DNA of 27,673 nt from contig CAXBME010000021.1 in NCBI GenBank assembly GCA_963976765.1, positions 124,001 through 151,673 of the forward strand. The letters run 5' to 3'. The DNA is from an uncultured Planctomycetaceae bacterium (GTDB taxonomy: Bacteria > Planctomycetota > Planctomycetia > Planctomycetales > Planctomycetaceae). This document shows, piece after piece, positions 19,010 to 27,673 of this stretch (position 1 is the stretch's first letter; every line of letters begins with the position of its first letter). Below the pieces are notes generated by a model. The model had not been told where the DNA came from, ran no database searches, and saw only the letters and a list, made by a program, of their open reading frames with translations. Made by a program: the position numbers and the translations under genes.

Positions 19010-19948
19010 TTATTCAGCAGCCGGTCGCTGAGGACGCCCGCCACCGTCACCTGCTGGTCGGCCACCAGGCTGACCGCCACGTCCGCCACCACCGCCAGGC
19101 TGACCGCCTCGACCACCGAAACTGAAGAGTGCTCGACGATCGACTTCGAACGACTTGCCTTTCATTTCTTCGAACTGTTTTTTTTGCTCGTCCGAAAGAA
19201 CGGCCAGCAGTTTTTCTTCGCCCTTCTTGCGGGCTTCTTCCATTTTTTCCCGCATTCCTTCGAAGCCGCCCGCTCCGCCTCTGCCAGCCCCGCCGCCAGC
19301 TCGCGCTTCTTCGAACATCTTGCGACGGTCGTCATCAGCGGATTTCAGTGCGTCTTCAACGCCCTTCTTCTGGTCAGAAGACAATTTGAGCTTTTTCGCA
19401 ACGTCGTCATTGGCCAACGCGCGAACACCCATCAACTGAAGTGCGATTTCATCGAGGCGTTTTGCCTGAGCTTCCGTCAGAAGTTCGGCCAGCCCCTTCT
19501 CTGACTCTTTGACAAGCTCGGCGCGTTTCTTGCCCAGTTCCTCAAACTTCGTTCGCCGTTCATCTTCGGGGAGGCTACGGAAGTCAATTCCCGCCATCAG
19601 CTCGCGAGAATTGGCGCGAAGCTCGTCGGAAAGCTGCTTAACGAGAAAGAGTTCGTCTTCACCCAGCTTCAATTCTTCCTGGATCGGTTTGGCTGAAACC
19701 AGCGTCAGTTTGTCGATGCCACCACCAGGACCTCCACCTCCGGGGAAACCGCCGCCTGGAAATCCACCACCGCGCTGGCCGCGACCACCTTGATCACCGC
19801 CTCGCTGCCGTCCCTGACCTTGCCGCTGCTGCCCACGTTCACGACTGGCACCGTCACGTCCCTGCCGTTCTTCCTGAGCCTGAGCAACCGTTGTCAGCAT
19901 CACCGCCAGTGCGAGACAGATACTGGAAAGTTTCATGAGACATTTCAT
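19010..19948 (-). CDS. Secreted Gly/Arg-rich helical protein with LTxxQ (Spy/CpxP-like) repeats
   Basis: Signal peptide MKCLMKLSSICLALAVMLTTVAQA; GAAGGA RBS; LTEAQAKRL, LSSDQKK and LSDEQKKQF repeats; GGFPGGG tracts. Confidence 0.8.
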   Translation of the reverse strand: MKCLMKLSSICLALAVMLTTVAQAQEERQGRDGASRERGQQRQGQGRQRGGDQGGRGQRGGGFPGGGFPGGGGPGGGIDKLTLVSAKPIQEELKLGEDELFLVKQLSDELRANSRELMAGIDFRSLPEDERRTKFEELGKKRAELVKESEKGLAELLTEAQAKRLDEIALQLMGVRALANDDVAKKLKLSSDQKKGVEDALKSADDDRRKMFEEARAGGGAGRGGAGGFEGMREKMEEARKKGEEKLLAVLSDEQKKQFEEMKGKSFEVDRRALFSFGGRGGQPGGGGGRGGQPGGRPAGDGGGRPQRPAAE

Positions 19949-20039
19949 CCTGGTAATTCCTTCGTTAAGGCGATTGTAGAATCGATAGAGTTGCGGGCTG
20001 AACCGAATAACTTCGAAAGCCCGCTGAAACCTTGTTGAG

Positions 20040-21314
20040 TCACGCAAGCATCGAATTGAATGTCAACCACCGAACGGTCAGCAGAGTCAGGATCAGACAG
20101 GCCCACCACGACGCCAATTGTGCTCGGCGGTAATATCGAAGTTTGAAGATCAAACCGGCAGCCAGCCCTGTCATAGCAACCTTGAAAAATATCAGCATCG
20201 TTGGATCATCAATCAGGCGACCGCCGACCGGATTCAACTCGCGCATCGTTCCTGCCTGAGACGCCAGGAGCGTCCAGATCAAATCGAGCAAGGACAACAC
20301 AACGACAAGAATCAACGAGCGAGTGACAATCTTCACAACTTCAGGGGACATCTCTACCTCATCGGGAGTCCTGCCACCGTTTGGAGGATTCGACATCAGG
20401 TGCCCGATCGAAAAAACACTGATGATCAGGCCGGCAATCGTCAGCGGATACGCGTAGTTTTCCAGCCGCTGAATCGCCACCCGCCGAGCGACTCCTTCCT
20501 CATAGGCCGCATCAATGGCATCAACAACCGGCTTCGCAGCCGCAAGGAACTCTCCACCAGGTTGAAACCCGGTAATCCAGTCGGACCATTGCAAAGCTGA
20601 CTCAGATGAGCCGGCAGTCACCAGTACATCAGAAAGCAACTTCGACGATCGATGAGTCTCTGAAACCAGGACACTGAGCAGATCGTTCCCCCCCATGGTC
20701 GCAGGCAGGATCGCTGGCGACCGCCCGCTAAACGCAACAACGGTCACTTTGAACTGTGAAAAACTCTGACTCAGAAACTCAGCGAAGGTCTGCTGCCTTT
20801 GTTGAAGTCGTCTGCGTGTCCCCCAGCCTCGGTGCCCACCGTCATCGCCGCTATCTTCAAGATCTGGAACAGAATCAAGGCTGACCAGCTCTTCAGAAAT
20901 CAGCACACCGTTGACGAACGTCAGCTTTCCCGACGACTCAAAAGTGTAGGGACGGGACAAGAACTCTCCGTTCACGAAGACAAACCCCTCGTCGGTCGGA
21001 CGACTCTTGAAGTCACCTTCCAGAAAGAACAGCGGCGGAGCGTCTCGTTCATCACGGTACGAGCCCCCCCTTCGCTTACCGATCTGGAAAGAGGGCTTTT
21101 CAAAGCGATCAGTTAAGATAGCTCGCTGCTCGTCGTTGTCAGACCGTTCTCGATTCGCAGATTTCCTCTGCCTGTCCGAGGTACTGGGCTTTTCAGAACG
21201 CCCCGCGTCCTGAGCATTAATTCTCTGGCTTTGCAGAATTACAGCCGCGATCCCTGCGAGAATCAGGAATCGCATTTGATTTCGACTTTTCAGAAGTACG
21301 TTTAACCTGGCCAT
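20040..21314 (-). CDS. Membrane protein with signal/anchor, soluble domain and C-terminal DUF5658-like TM domain
   Basis: C-terminal LSLLDLIWTL...MRELNPVG...FKVAMT motif with about four TM helices. Confidence 0.72.
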   Translation of the reverse strand: MARLNVLLKSRNQMRFLILAGIAAVILQSQRINAQDAGRSEKPSTSDRQRKSANRERSDNDEQRAILTDRFEKPSFQIGKRRGGSYRDERDAPPLFFLEGDFKSRPTDEGFVFVNGEFLSRPYTFESSGKLTFVNGVLISEELVSLDSVPDLEDSGDDGGHRGWGTRRRLQQRQQTFAEFLSQSFSQFKVTVVAFSGRSPAILPATMGGNDLLSVLVSETHRSSKLLSDVLVTAGSSESALQWSDWITGFQPGGEFLAAAKPVVDAIDAAYEEGVARRVAIQRLENYAYPLTIAGLIISVFSIGHLMSNPPNGGRTPDEVEMSPEVVKIVTRSLILVVVLSLLDLIWTLLASQAGTMRELNPVGGRLIDDPTMLIFFKVAMTGLAAGLIFKLRYYRRAQLASWWACLILTLLTVRWLTFNSMLA

Positions 21315-21534
21315 CCTGAAATTGTCTCCGCGAACCTGTAGTCAGCCGTCTAGAATGCTCAAGGTACTCGTGCGAATACTGAAAAACGATTTCGTTCATC
21401 CACACAAAATTCTGCCGGAAGCCTGGCCGGACTCAAGTATTCCCCATCGTCGGCCAGCCGTAGCGTGGACCTTTTGATCAGCATTGCGGTATCTACGGTT
21501 TGCTTTCGTGGAGCATGAAAGTCACATTGGGTCC

Positions 21535-22152
21535 ATGGAAGAAGAGGTCATCAAAAAACTGATCGATGGCGGCGACACTGCCGTTGCGGAATTATTTTCC
21601 GAATTTCAGCCACGGTTGGAGCGAATGGTCGAGTTCCGCCTGGACAGGCGTCTGCGCGGACGCGTCGATTCTCTGGACATTATCCAGGAAGCCTACATCG
21701 AAATCGCACGACGAATCGGCGACTACACATCGAATCCGACGGTCGCATTTTATGTCTGGGTCCGGCAGATCACCTGGCAGACGCTGGTGTCGGTGCATCG
21801 TCGACACCTCGGCCAGAAGCGACATCCGAACATGGAAGTACGACTCAACCGGAGCAATCCCAACGAGACAACATTTTCCATTGCCGAGGCGCTGGTTGGC
21901 CAGTTGACATCACCCAGCGGTGCCGCCCGTCGACAGGAAGACTACGACCTGTTGCGGGAAGCACTTTCGACAATGGACGACACCGACCGTGAAGTTCTCG
22001 CTTTACGACACTTCGAACAACTTGGAAATAATGAGGTCGCAGATGTCCTGGGAATTGGCCGAACAGCCGCCAGCAATCGATATGTTCGGGCAATCAAACG
22101 ACTGGGAGATGTGCTGGCAACGCTGCCTCATTTTCAGGAGCGGTACTCGTGA
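21535..22152 (+). CDS. ECF sigma factor, kinase-associated type (start could be 21508 or 21484)
   Basis: GDTAVAELF..FQPRLERMVEFRLDRRLRGRVDSLDIIQEAY (sigma2); DREVLALRHFEQLGNNEVADVLGI..TAASNRYVRAIKRL (sigma4); GTGA overlap with the kinase gene. Confidence 0.93.
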   Translation: MEEEVIKKLIDGGDTAVAELFSEFQPRLERMVEFRLDRRLRGRVDSLDIIQEAYIEIARRIGDYTSNPTVAFYVWVRQITWQTLVSVHRRHLGQKRHPNMEVRLNRSNPNETTFSIAEALVGQLTSPSGAARRQEDYDLLREALSTMDDTDREVLALRHFEQLGNNEVADVLGIGRTAASNRYVRAIKRLGDVLATLPHFQERYS

Positions 22153-25100
22153 CCGACACGACTGCTGACAGAAATCCCATTGATGTACTGGGGGACGAAT
22201 TCGCCGCCAGATTGCGTGAAGGCGAGGCACCTTCCATCGACGATTACGTCGCCAGACATCCCGACCTGGCCGAAGACATTCGTGCGACATTTCCATCCAT
22301 TGCGATGATGGAAAAATTCAGCCGAAAAGAACACACGGAGCGAACGTTCGAACGGCAGACCAGCCGACTGATCAGCGATTCGCTGGAGACTCTGGGCGAT
22401 TTTCAGATCATCCGTGAAATCGGTCGGGGCGGCATGGGCATTGTCTATGAGGCCGTTGAGAAGTCGCTGAAGCGACGCGTCGCACTGAAGGTTCTAAGTC
22501 CAGGCGTCGCAGGGTCTCAGAAGCAGATTCAGCGATTCAATCGCGAAGCCGAAGCCGCAGCGCGACTGCACCACACGAACATCGTGCCGGTTTACGGTGT
22601 TGGCGCGGAGCGTGATCTTCACTTCTTCGCGATGCAGTTCATCGATGGCGTGCCACTGAGCGATGTCATTCGGTTCGTCCGTGGTCGACCGGAAGAACAC
22701 GAACGATCAGGACCGTCAGGCAGCGGGTCACTCGCTGACCGACTCCTGGCGCCGATTACGAATGCTGATTTCAGGCCGCGCGATCAAACCGAAAACCCGA
22801 CAATCGACTCGACTCGTTGCTTCAATGTCGAAGGTGCGGCAAAAGTTCTGCTGACCGGTACACACAAAGATCGTCCGCTGCCATCAGTCGCAGATTCCGA
22901 TTCCGAAAGTTCCGTCAGCAGCAGCAATCTCACGGAAGCGATCGCCGCGGTCGAACCCACGCTGAAGTCTCTGACAATCACTGATGACCCGGCTGGCCGG
23001 TCTCAACTGCCGGTCATTTCGATGAAGTACTGGCGGAATGTCGCGAGAATCTGCGCTGACGTCGCCGCGGCTCTGCACTATTCGCATCGGCACGGCGTTC
23101 TGCATCGAGACATCAAGCCGGCGAACCTGCTGCTCGACTGTCAGGGAATCGTCTGGGTAACAGACTTTGGCCTTGCCCGTCACGAAGATCAGGAAGGCAT
23201 CACCAACACCGGCGACATTGTCGGCACGCTCCGATACATGGCACCGGAACAGTTCAACGGCGAATCCAACAATCGCAGCGACATTTACAGCCTGGGACTG
23301 ACGCTTTACGAACTTCTGGCACTGCGACCAGCGTTTGAAGAGTCGCGGCATGGTCCGCTGATTTCGCAAAAGACCAGCTCGATGCCGGCAGGCTTGAGAT
23401 CAATCAACCGGGAAATTCCGCGAGACCTCGAAACAATCACGCAGAAGGCGTGCGCGACGAATCCGGCAGACCGATACGCAACCGCCGGCGAACTGGCCAA
23501 CGATCTTCGACGATTCCTGGACGACCGCCCGGTGCTTGCCCGTCGAGCGACGATAACCGAGCAGTTTATCAGATGGGCTCGACGAAACCCGGTCGTTGCA
23601 TCACTCAGTGGAGTCACCGTCACGCTGCTGGCGACTGTCGCGATTGTTTTCGCCGTCGGGCAGTACCGTACTCAGGCCGCGCTGGACATCGTTGAGAATC
23701 AGAAATCAGAACTTGAAGATGGCCAGGCTCGACTTGATCAGTCGTTGATTGCCGAACGCAACTCGTCAAGGCTGGCTCGGGCCGAATATGTGAGAGCGGA
23801 AAAGAACCTGCAACTCGCTGTCGCCGCCTTCGATTCGATTATTGACAACGTTGCGTCTCGCGGACTCCCGCAGTCATTGACGTTGAATATTGGTGACGAC
23901 GTTTCTGGCGTCGAAGGACCACGTGCCTACGACACAATGCTGACCGCCGCCGACGCTGACCTGCTCGAAACCCTGCTGACGTTCTTCGATGACTTTGCCG
24001 GGCAGAATCAGACGGACCTCAGACTGCAATCAGCATCAGCTCGCAAGCGGGTTGGAGATATCCAGCAACGGCTGGGACGATTCTCAGAAGCTGAGGCAAC
24101 TTATCGCCAGTCGCTGGAAGCGTTTGAAACTTTGTCTTCTCAAAAGCCAAACGATTCGCAGCTGATTATTACCCGGGCTCGCATTCACAACGAAATCGCC
24201 ATTGCGGCCAGTCGGCGAGGCACCATGTGGGGAGCCGTTGACGAGCACAATCGTGCCAGGAGTCTTCTTCAGGAAACAGCCGGCGTCATGGACACCGCCA
24301 ATGGAAAACTGGAACTTGCCCGCACTCTCGGACTGCTTACAACGATCAGCTCCCGGTCAGGAATGTCCGCATTGATGTCGCTGACCAGAAACGACCCTTC
24401 AAGTGGTCGGCCCCCATCCGATGGACGATCGCGAGGTGACAACCGGCGTGAACGTCGACCGAACGATCAGCCTGGCGACCGACCATCCGGCAACTCACGG
24501 CCTGACCAGGAACGATCGGGACAGGACCGGCCTGACGGAGGTCGGCGCGGCTCCGGTCCGAGTGGAAGTTCGCGAAACGGATTTCGAAACTGGTCTGAGA
24601 TGTTTCGCGCCAGCAGCGATCAGTCGCTCGCGCTGCTTAACGAGTTACTCGAACAGGAGCCATCACGACCAGACTACCGTCTGGAGCTGGCCATCGCCTG
24701 GCGCAACCGTGCGACGGTCGCCCGCATTATCAACGACCCGGAAATGGGCAAAGTGGCCATCGCCTCGGCCATTCAGCATCTGGATGAACTCGCGCGAGAT
24801 TTCCCCGAGGATCCCGTCTACCGCTTTGAACTGGCCGATACTCTTTGCCTTCGTCCGTCAAGAAACCCCGACAACGAAGCCGTTGACGAGTTTCTGCAGC
24901 GAATTCGACGAGCCATCGTTCTGTGTGAAGATCTGGTCGAGCGCTACCCCAACGTGCCTGAATACCAGGCATTGATGGGCACGTCATTAACTCATCAGGC
25001 GACACTGCTCCACCAGCAACAGAACTTCGGACTCGCCGCCGAATCGTTTCTTCAGGCGATCGAGCTTCAGCAGCCTCTGGCAGAACAGTTCGCAACCGTA

Positions 25101-25346
25101 TCCCTCTATCAGGTCGCCTATATTCAGTCACTCTGGGGGCTTTCAGAAATCAGTATCGCTCAGAACGAACCCGGCGCGGCCATCGGATATCTCGAAACCG
25201 CCATCGATCGATTGCAGATACTTTCTACCAGCGCCCCTCAGAATCGGATGCTGCAACACTATCTGGAAAAGCTCCGCCGCCGCCGCGGAGAACTGGCTCG
25301 CCCATCAGCCGAAGATGTCCCGAATCCCACGGCGACCGCAGGCTGA
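22149..25346 (+). CDS. Hanks-type Ser/Thr protein kinase with a TM helix and C-terminal TPR-like repeats
   Basis: IGRGGMGIVY, VALK, HRDIKPAN, DFG, GTLRYMAPEQ and SDIYSLG motifs; TM VASLSGVTVTLLATVAIVFAV; TPR-like helices. Confidence 0.96.
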   Translation: MTDTTADRNPIDVLGDEFAARLREGEAPSIDDYVARHPDLAEDIRATFPSIAMMEKFSRKEHTERTFERQTSRLISDSLETLGDFQIIREIGRGGMGIVYEAVEKSLKRRVALKVLSPGVAGSQKQIQRFNREAEAAARLHHTNIVPVYGVGAERDLHFFAMQFIDGVPLSDVIRFVRGRPEEHERSGPSGSGSLADRLLAPITNADFRPRDQTENPTIDSTRCFNVEGAAKVLLTGTHKDRPLPSVADSDSESSVSSSNLTEAIAAVEPTLKSLTITDDPAGRSQLPVISMKYWRNVARICADVAAALHYSHRHGVLHRDIKPANLLLDCQGIVWVTDFGLARHEDQEGITNTGDIVGTLRYMAPEQFNGESNNRSDIYSLGLTLYELLALRPAFEESRHGPLISQKTSSMPAGLRSINREIPRDLETITQKACATNPADRYATAGELANDLRRFLDDRPVLARRATITEQFIRWARRNPVVASLSGVTVTLLATVAIVFAVGQYRTQAALDIVENQKSELEDGQARLDQSLIAERNSSRLARAEYVRAEKNLQLAVAAFDSIIDNVASRGLPQSLTLNIGDDVSGVEGPRAYDTMLTAADADLLETLLTFFDDFAGQNQTDLRLQSASARKRVGDIQQRLGRFSEAEATYRQSLEAFETLSSQKPNDSQLIITRARIHNEIAIAASRRGTMWGAVDEHNRARSLLQETAGVMDTANGKLELARTLGLLTTISSRSGMSALMSLTRNDPSSGRPPSDGRSRGDNRRERRPNDQPGDRPSGNSRPDQERSGQDRPDGGRRGSGPSGSSRNGFRNWSEMFRASSDQSLALLNELLEQEPSRPDYRLELAIAWRNRATVARIINDPEMGKVAIASAIQHLDELARDFPEDPVYRFELADTLCLRPSRNPDNEAVDEFLQRIRRAIVLCEDLVERYPNVPEYQALMGTSLTHQATLLHQQQNFGLAAESFLQAIELQQPLAEQFATVSLYQVAYIQSLWGLSEISIAQNEPGAAIGYLETAIDRLQILSTSAPQNRMLQHYLEKLRRRRGELARPSAEDVPNPTATAG

Positions 25347-25573
25347 TTCCAGCAAGAATGCCGAGCCTGCGCGATCGCTCACCACGCCCCTTGTTGATCA
25401 TCGTTGAAATCAACCCGCGAGCCTCAACGCCTCCCGGCTCCGCAGCCTGACCTGACAACACGAATATACGCAGCGCATTCCTGTCATCATGCCTTCAGGC
25501 ATCGACGACGAATCCATTTATTCTCGCGGAACCGATACCTGGAACCGGGAATGGAGCCAGTGCTGAAAATGCT

Positions 25574-27151
25574 CTAATCTTCCGATCCCCACCAGCCTTT
25601 GGGTGAATAATCCGATCGTAAGAACCCGGCTGCTTCAGCTTCCAGGCCGGGCAATGTTTTCTCGCGAGTGCGGACTTTTTCTTCTTCCCAGCGTTGCTCA
25701 CTGAAGTTGGGATTCGGAACTGGCATCCTCGCACCGGTTTTGACCAGCCATTCATTGAGGCGATCACGAAGCCTCGCAACGCGGTCAGCATTCTTCGCGG
25801 CGACGTCTGACTGTTCGCCCGGGTCGCTCGCCAGGTGGAACAGCTCATCACGACCGTCTTCGTAATAGTGGATCAGCTTCCAGTCGCCGTCGCGGATAAT
25901 CGCGCTCGGCTCGCCGCCCTGATTACCATAGTGAGGGTAATGCCAGAACAACGGGCGGCTGGCGATCTCCTTCTTTCCCTTCAGAAGCGGCACCAGACTC
26001 ACGCCGTCAACGTGCTGCTCCGGGCGAAGTTTCTGGCCGGTTAACTCCAGCAGCGTCGGATAAAAGTCGGCACCGGTCACGGGAACGTCGCAGGTTGAAC
26101 CGGCTGATTTCACACCCGGCCCGGCGATGTAGTAAGGCTCGCGAATGCCGCCTTCCCATTGCCGACCTTTGCCGCCTCGAAGCGGAAGGTTCGACGTTGC
26201 CTTGCCGTCTCCTGCTGAAACACCACCGTTGTCCGACGTAAAAACGACGATCGTGTTTTCGGTTAGTCCGTTTCGGTCCAGAGCTTCCAGTGCGATACCG
26301 ACGGCATCGTCCATTGCCTCGATCATACCTGCGTAAACGGGATGATCCTGCACCTGCCGAACGGGGCTTGTCCGATCGATAATAAATCGATGATCGGGCG
26401 TCGGCAGCTTCTCGGCCTTCGCTCGATACTTTGCCCACAACGACTTCGTTGACTGAATCGGACCATGTACCGAGTAAAACGACAGGTAAGCGAAGAACGG
26501 CTCGTTAGTGTGTTCGTCAATAAAATTTGCCGTCTCGCGTCCAAGTCTGTGGGGCAGAGATTCACCCGCCGGGCCGTCTTTCATTTTCGGATTTTTATAC
26601 GGAGCGAAGTAGCCCCCCGGAGGCGAGCCGCGATGATGGCCGCCGACGTTAATGTCAAATCCGTGATCTTCCGGAAACGATCCCCTGTCACCCAGGTGCC
26701 ACTTCCCGGCAAAGAAAGTTCGGTACCCAGCTTCCTTGAATGATTCGGCCAGCGACGTGTCTTCCGCCGGCAAAGCATGCACGTACTTCGCCGGAAGCAA
26801 TTTCGTGTTACGCTTCCAGCCGGCCCCTTCGGCAGCTCCGATCCAGTCGGTAATCCCGTGCCGAGCCGGAGTCTTTCCCAGCATGATCGTCGCCCGCGAA
26901 GGACTGCAAACCTGACACCCGGCATATCCCTGAGTAAACCGTACGCCGGACTTCGCAATACGATCAATGTTGGGACTCTCATAAAACGTACTGCCCTCAA
27001 CACTCAAATCCCGCCAGCCAAGATCGTCGGCAAGAATAAACAGGACATTGGGTCGCTTCTGCGTTTCAGCAGCCGGCAGTGAATCCGTAAGCGAATTCAA
27101 GAGGAAAACAAGGGCCAATGAGCAGACGACAACGAACTGGCGAAAGTGCAA
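25574..27151 (-). CDS. Formylglycine-dependent sulfatase (family S1), secreted
   Basis: Signal peptide; PNVLFILADDLG, CSPSRATIMLG (CxPxR), GKWHLG, FTSDNGG, GGKGRQWEGGIR. Confidence 0.96.
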   Translation of the reverse strand: MHFRQFVVVCSLALVFLLNSLTDSLPAAETQKRPNVLFILADDLGWRDLSVEGSTFYESPNIDRIAKSGVRFTQGYAGCQVCSPSRATIMLGKTPARHGITDWIGAAEGAGWKRNTKLLPAKYVHALPAEDTSLAESFKEAGYRTFFAGKWHLGDRGSFPEDHGFDINVGGHHRGSPPGGYFAPYKNPKMKDGPAGESLPHRLGRETANFIDEHTNEPFFAYLSFYSVHGPIQSTKSLWAKYRAKAEKLPTPDHRFIIDRTSPVRQVQDHPVYAGMIEAMDDAVGIALEALDRNGLTENTIVVFTSDNGGVSAGDGKATSNLPLRGGKGRQWEGGIREPYYIAGPGVKSAGSTCDVPVTGADFYPTLLELTGQKLRPEQHVDGVSLVPLLKGKKEIASRPLFWHYPHYGNQGGEPSAIIRDGDWKLIHYYEDGRDELFHLASDPGEQSDVAAKNADRVARLRDRLNEWLVKTGARMPVPNPNFSEQRWEEEKVRTREKTLPGLEAEAAGFLRSDYSPKGWWGSED

Positions 27152-27673
27152 TGTACCGTTCCTTAATCCTTGAGTTTGAAGACTGACGAGTTCTGGACAT
27201 TACTGGATGCTGAAGCTGGTCGACCTGAGATACTTCAATATTTCGAGCCGCACTTCCAGCATCCTGTTGAAGAAGAAAGCTGCCGAAACGAAAAATGATT
27301 CTACAGGAGCAACTCCTGTTTATAGCGTCAGCTGATTGAGAACACGACGCCCGTGAATCCTCAAGCGGTCATTCGTTACTTCGATAGCGTGATTCTTTGA
27401 TCGCAAGGGAAACCTTTCCAGACAGTGGAGCACGGCTGCGACATCGACGTTCTTCACGATCGGCCCTAAAGCAATTCCCAGGCTGGAGTGCCTCCCTGAA
27501 ACTGATCCACGTGTTATGAGAGTCTGAGCGGCCCTGACCTTGCCCCCGTTCCTGGTCCAGTTGCTATGTGAGTTTTTCTTCTTTGCCAGTCCTTAGGCGA
27601 GCCCCGTTCGCCTTCGCTGTCGTCTCGGCCTGCACTGGTGCTTCTGGGGTTGAGACGACGGTGATGGCGGGCG

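Noticed and set aside
19010..19860. GGC/GGT-rich tandem repeats as a DNA repeat element
   Set aside because: Explained by Gly-rich low-complexity protein sequence.

Overview
Bacterial chromosomal DNA whose gene repertoire (sulfatase, ECF sigma factor coupled to a Ser/Thr kinase-TPR protein, Gly/Arg-rich secreted proteins) points to a planctomycete; the taxonomy is inference. The centre of the window is a ~9.2 kb element integrated at the 3' half of a tRNA-Phe(GAA) gene and bounded by an identical 87 bp direct repeat (8169-8255 and 17395-17481). All element genes are on the + strand: AbiEi/AbiEii type IV toxin-antitoxin, an ~830 bp repeat-rich non-coding region with a cos-like layout, a ~760 aa orphan with a C-terminal HTH-like segment, a small ORF, a wHTH replication-initiator-like protein, two more small ORFs, an excisionase and a tyrosine integrase. 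No capsid, terminase, relaxase or T4SS genes are seen, so it looks like a phage satellite or minimal integrative element. The most notable observation is that the att site lies inside the integrase reading frame. The integrated form gives a 437 aa Int ending LCSTN inside the antisense tRNA, while excision would fuse it in frame to the 91 codons stranded at the other end (8256-8531), giving a 523 aa Int. Host flanks: a >1179 aa membrane protein, a membrane peroxiredoxin-like protein, a sigma-70 factor, an SRPBCC protein and a CarH-like regulator lacking both B12-ligating histidines on the left; hisN, two secreted/membrane proteins, an ECF-kinase pair and a sulfatase on the right.
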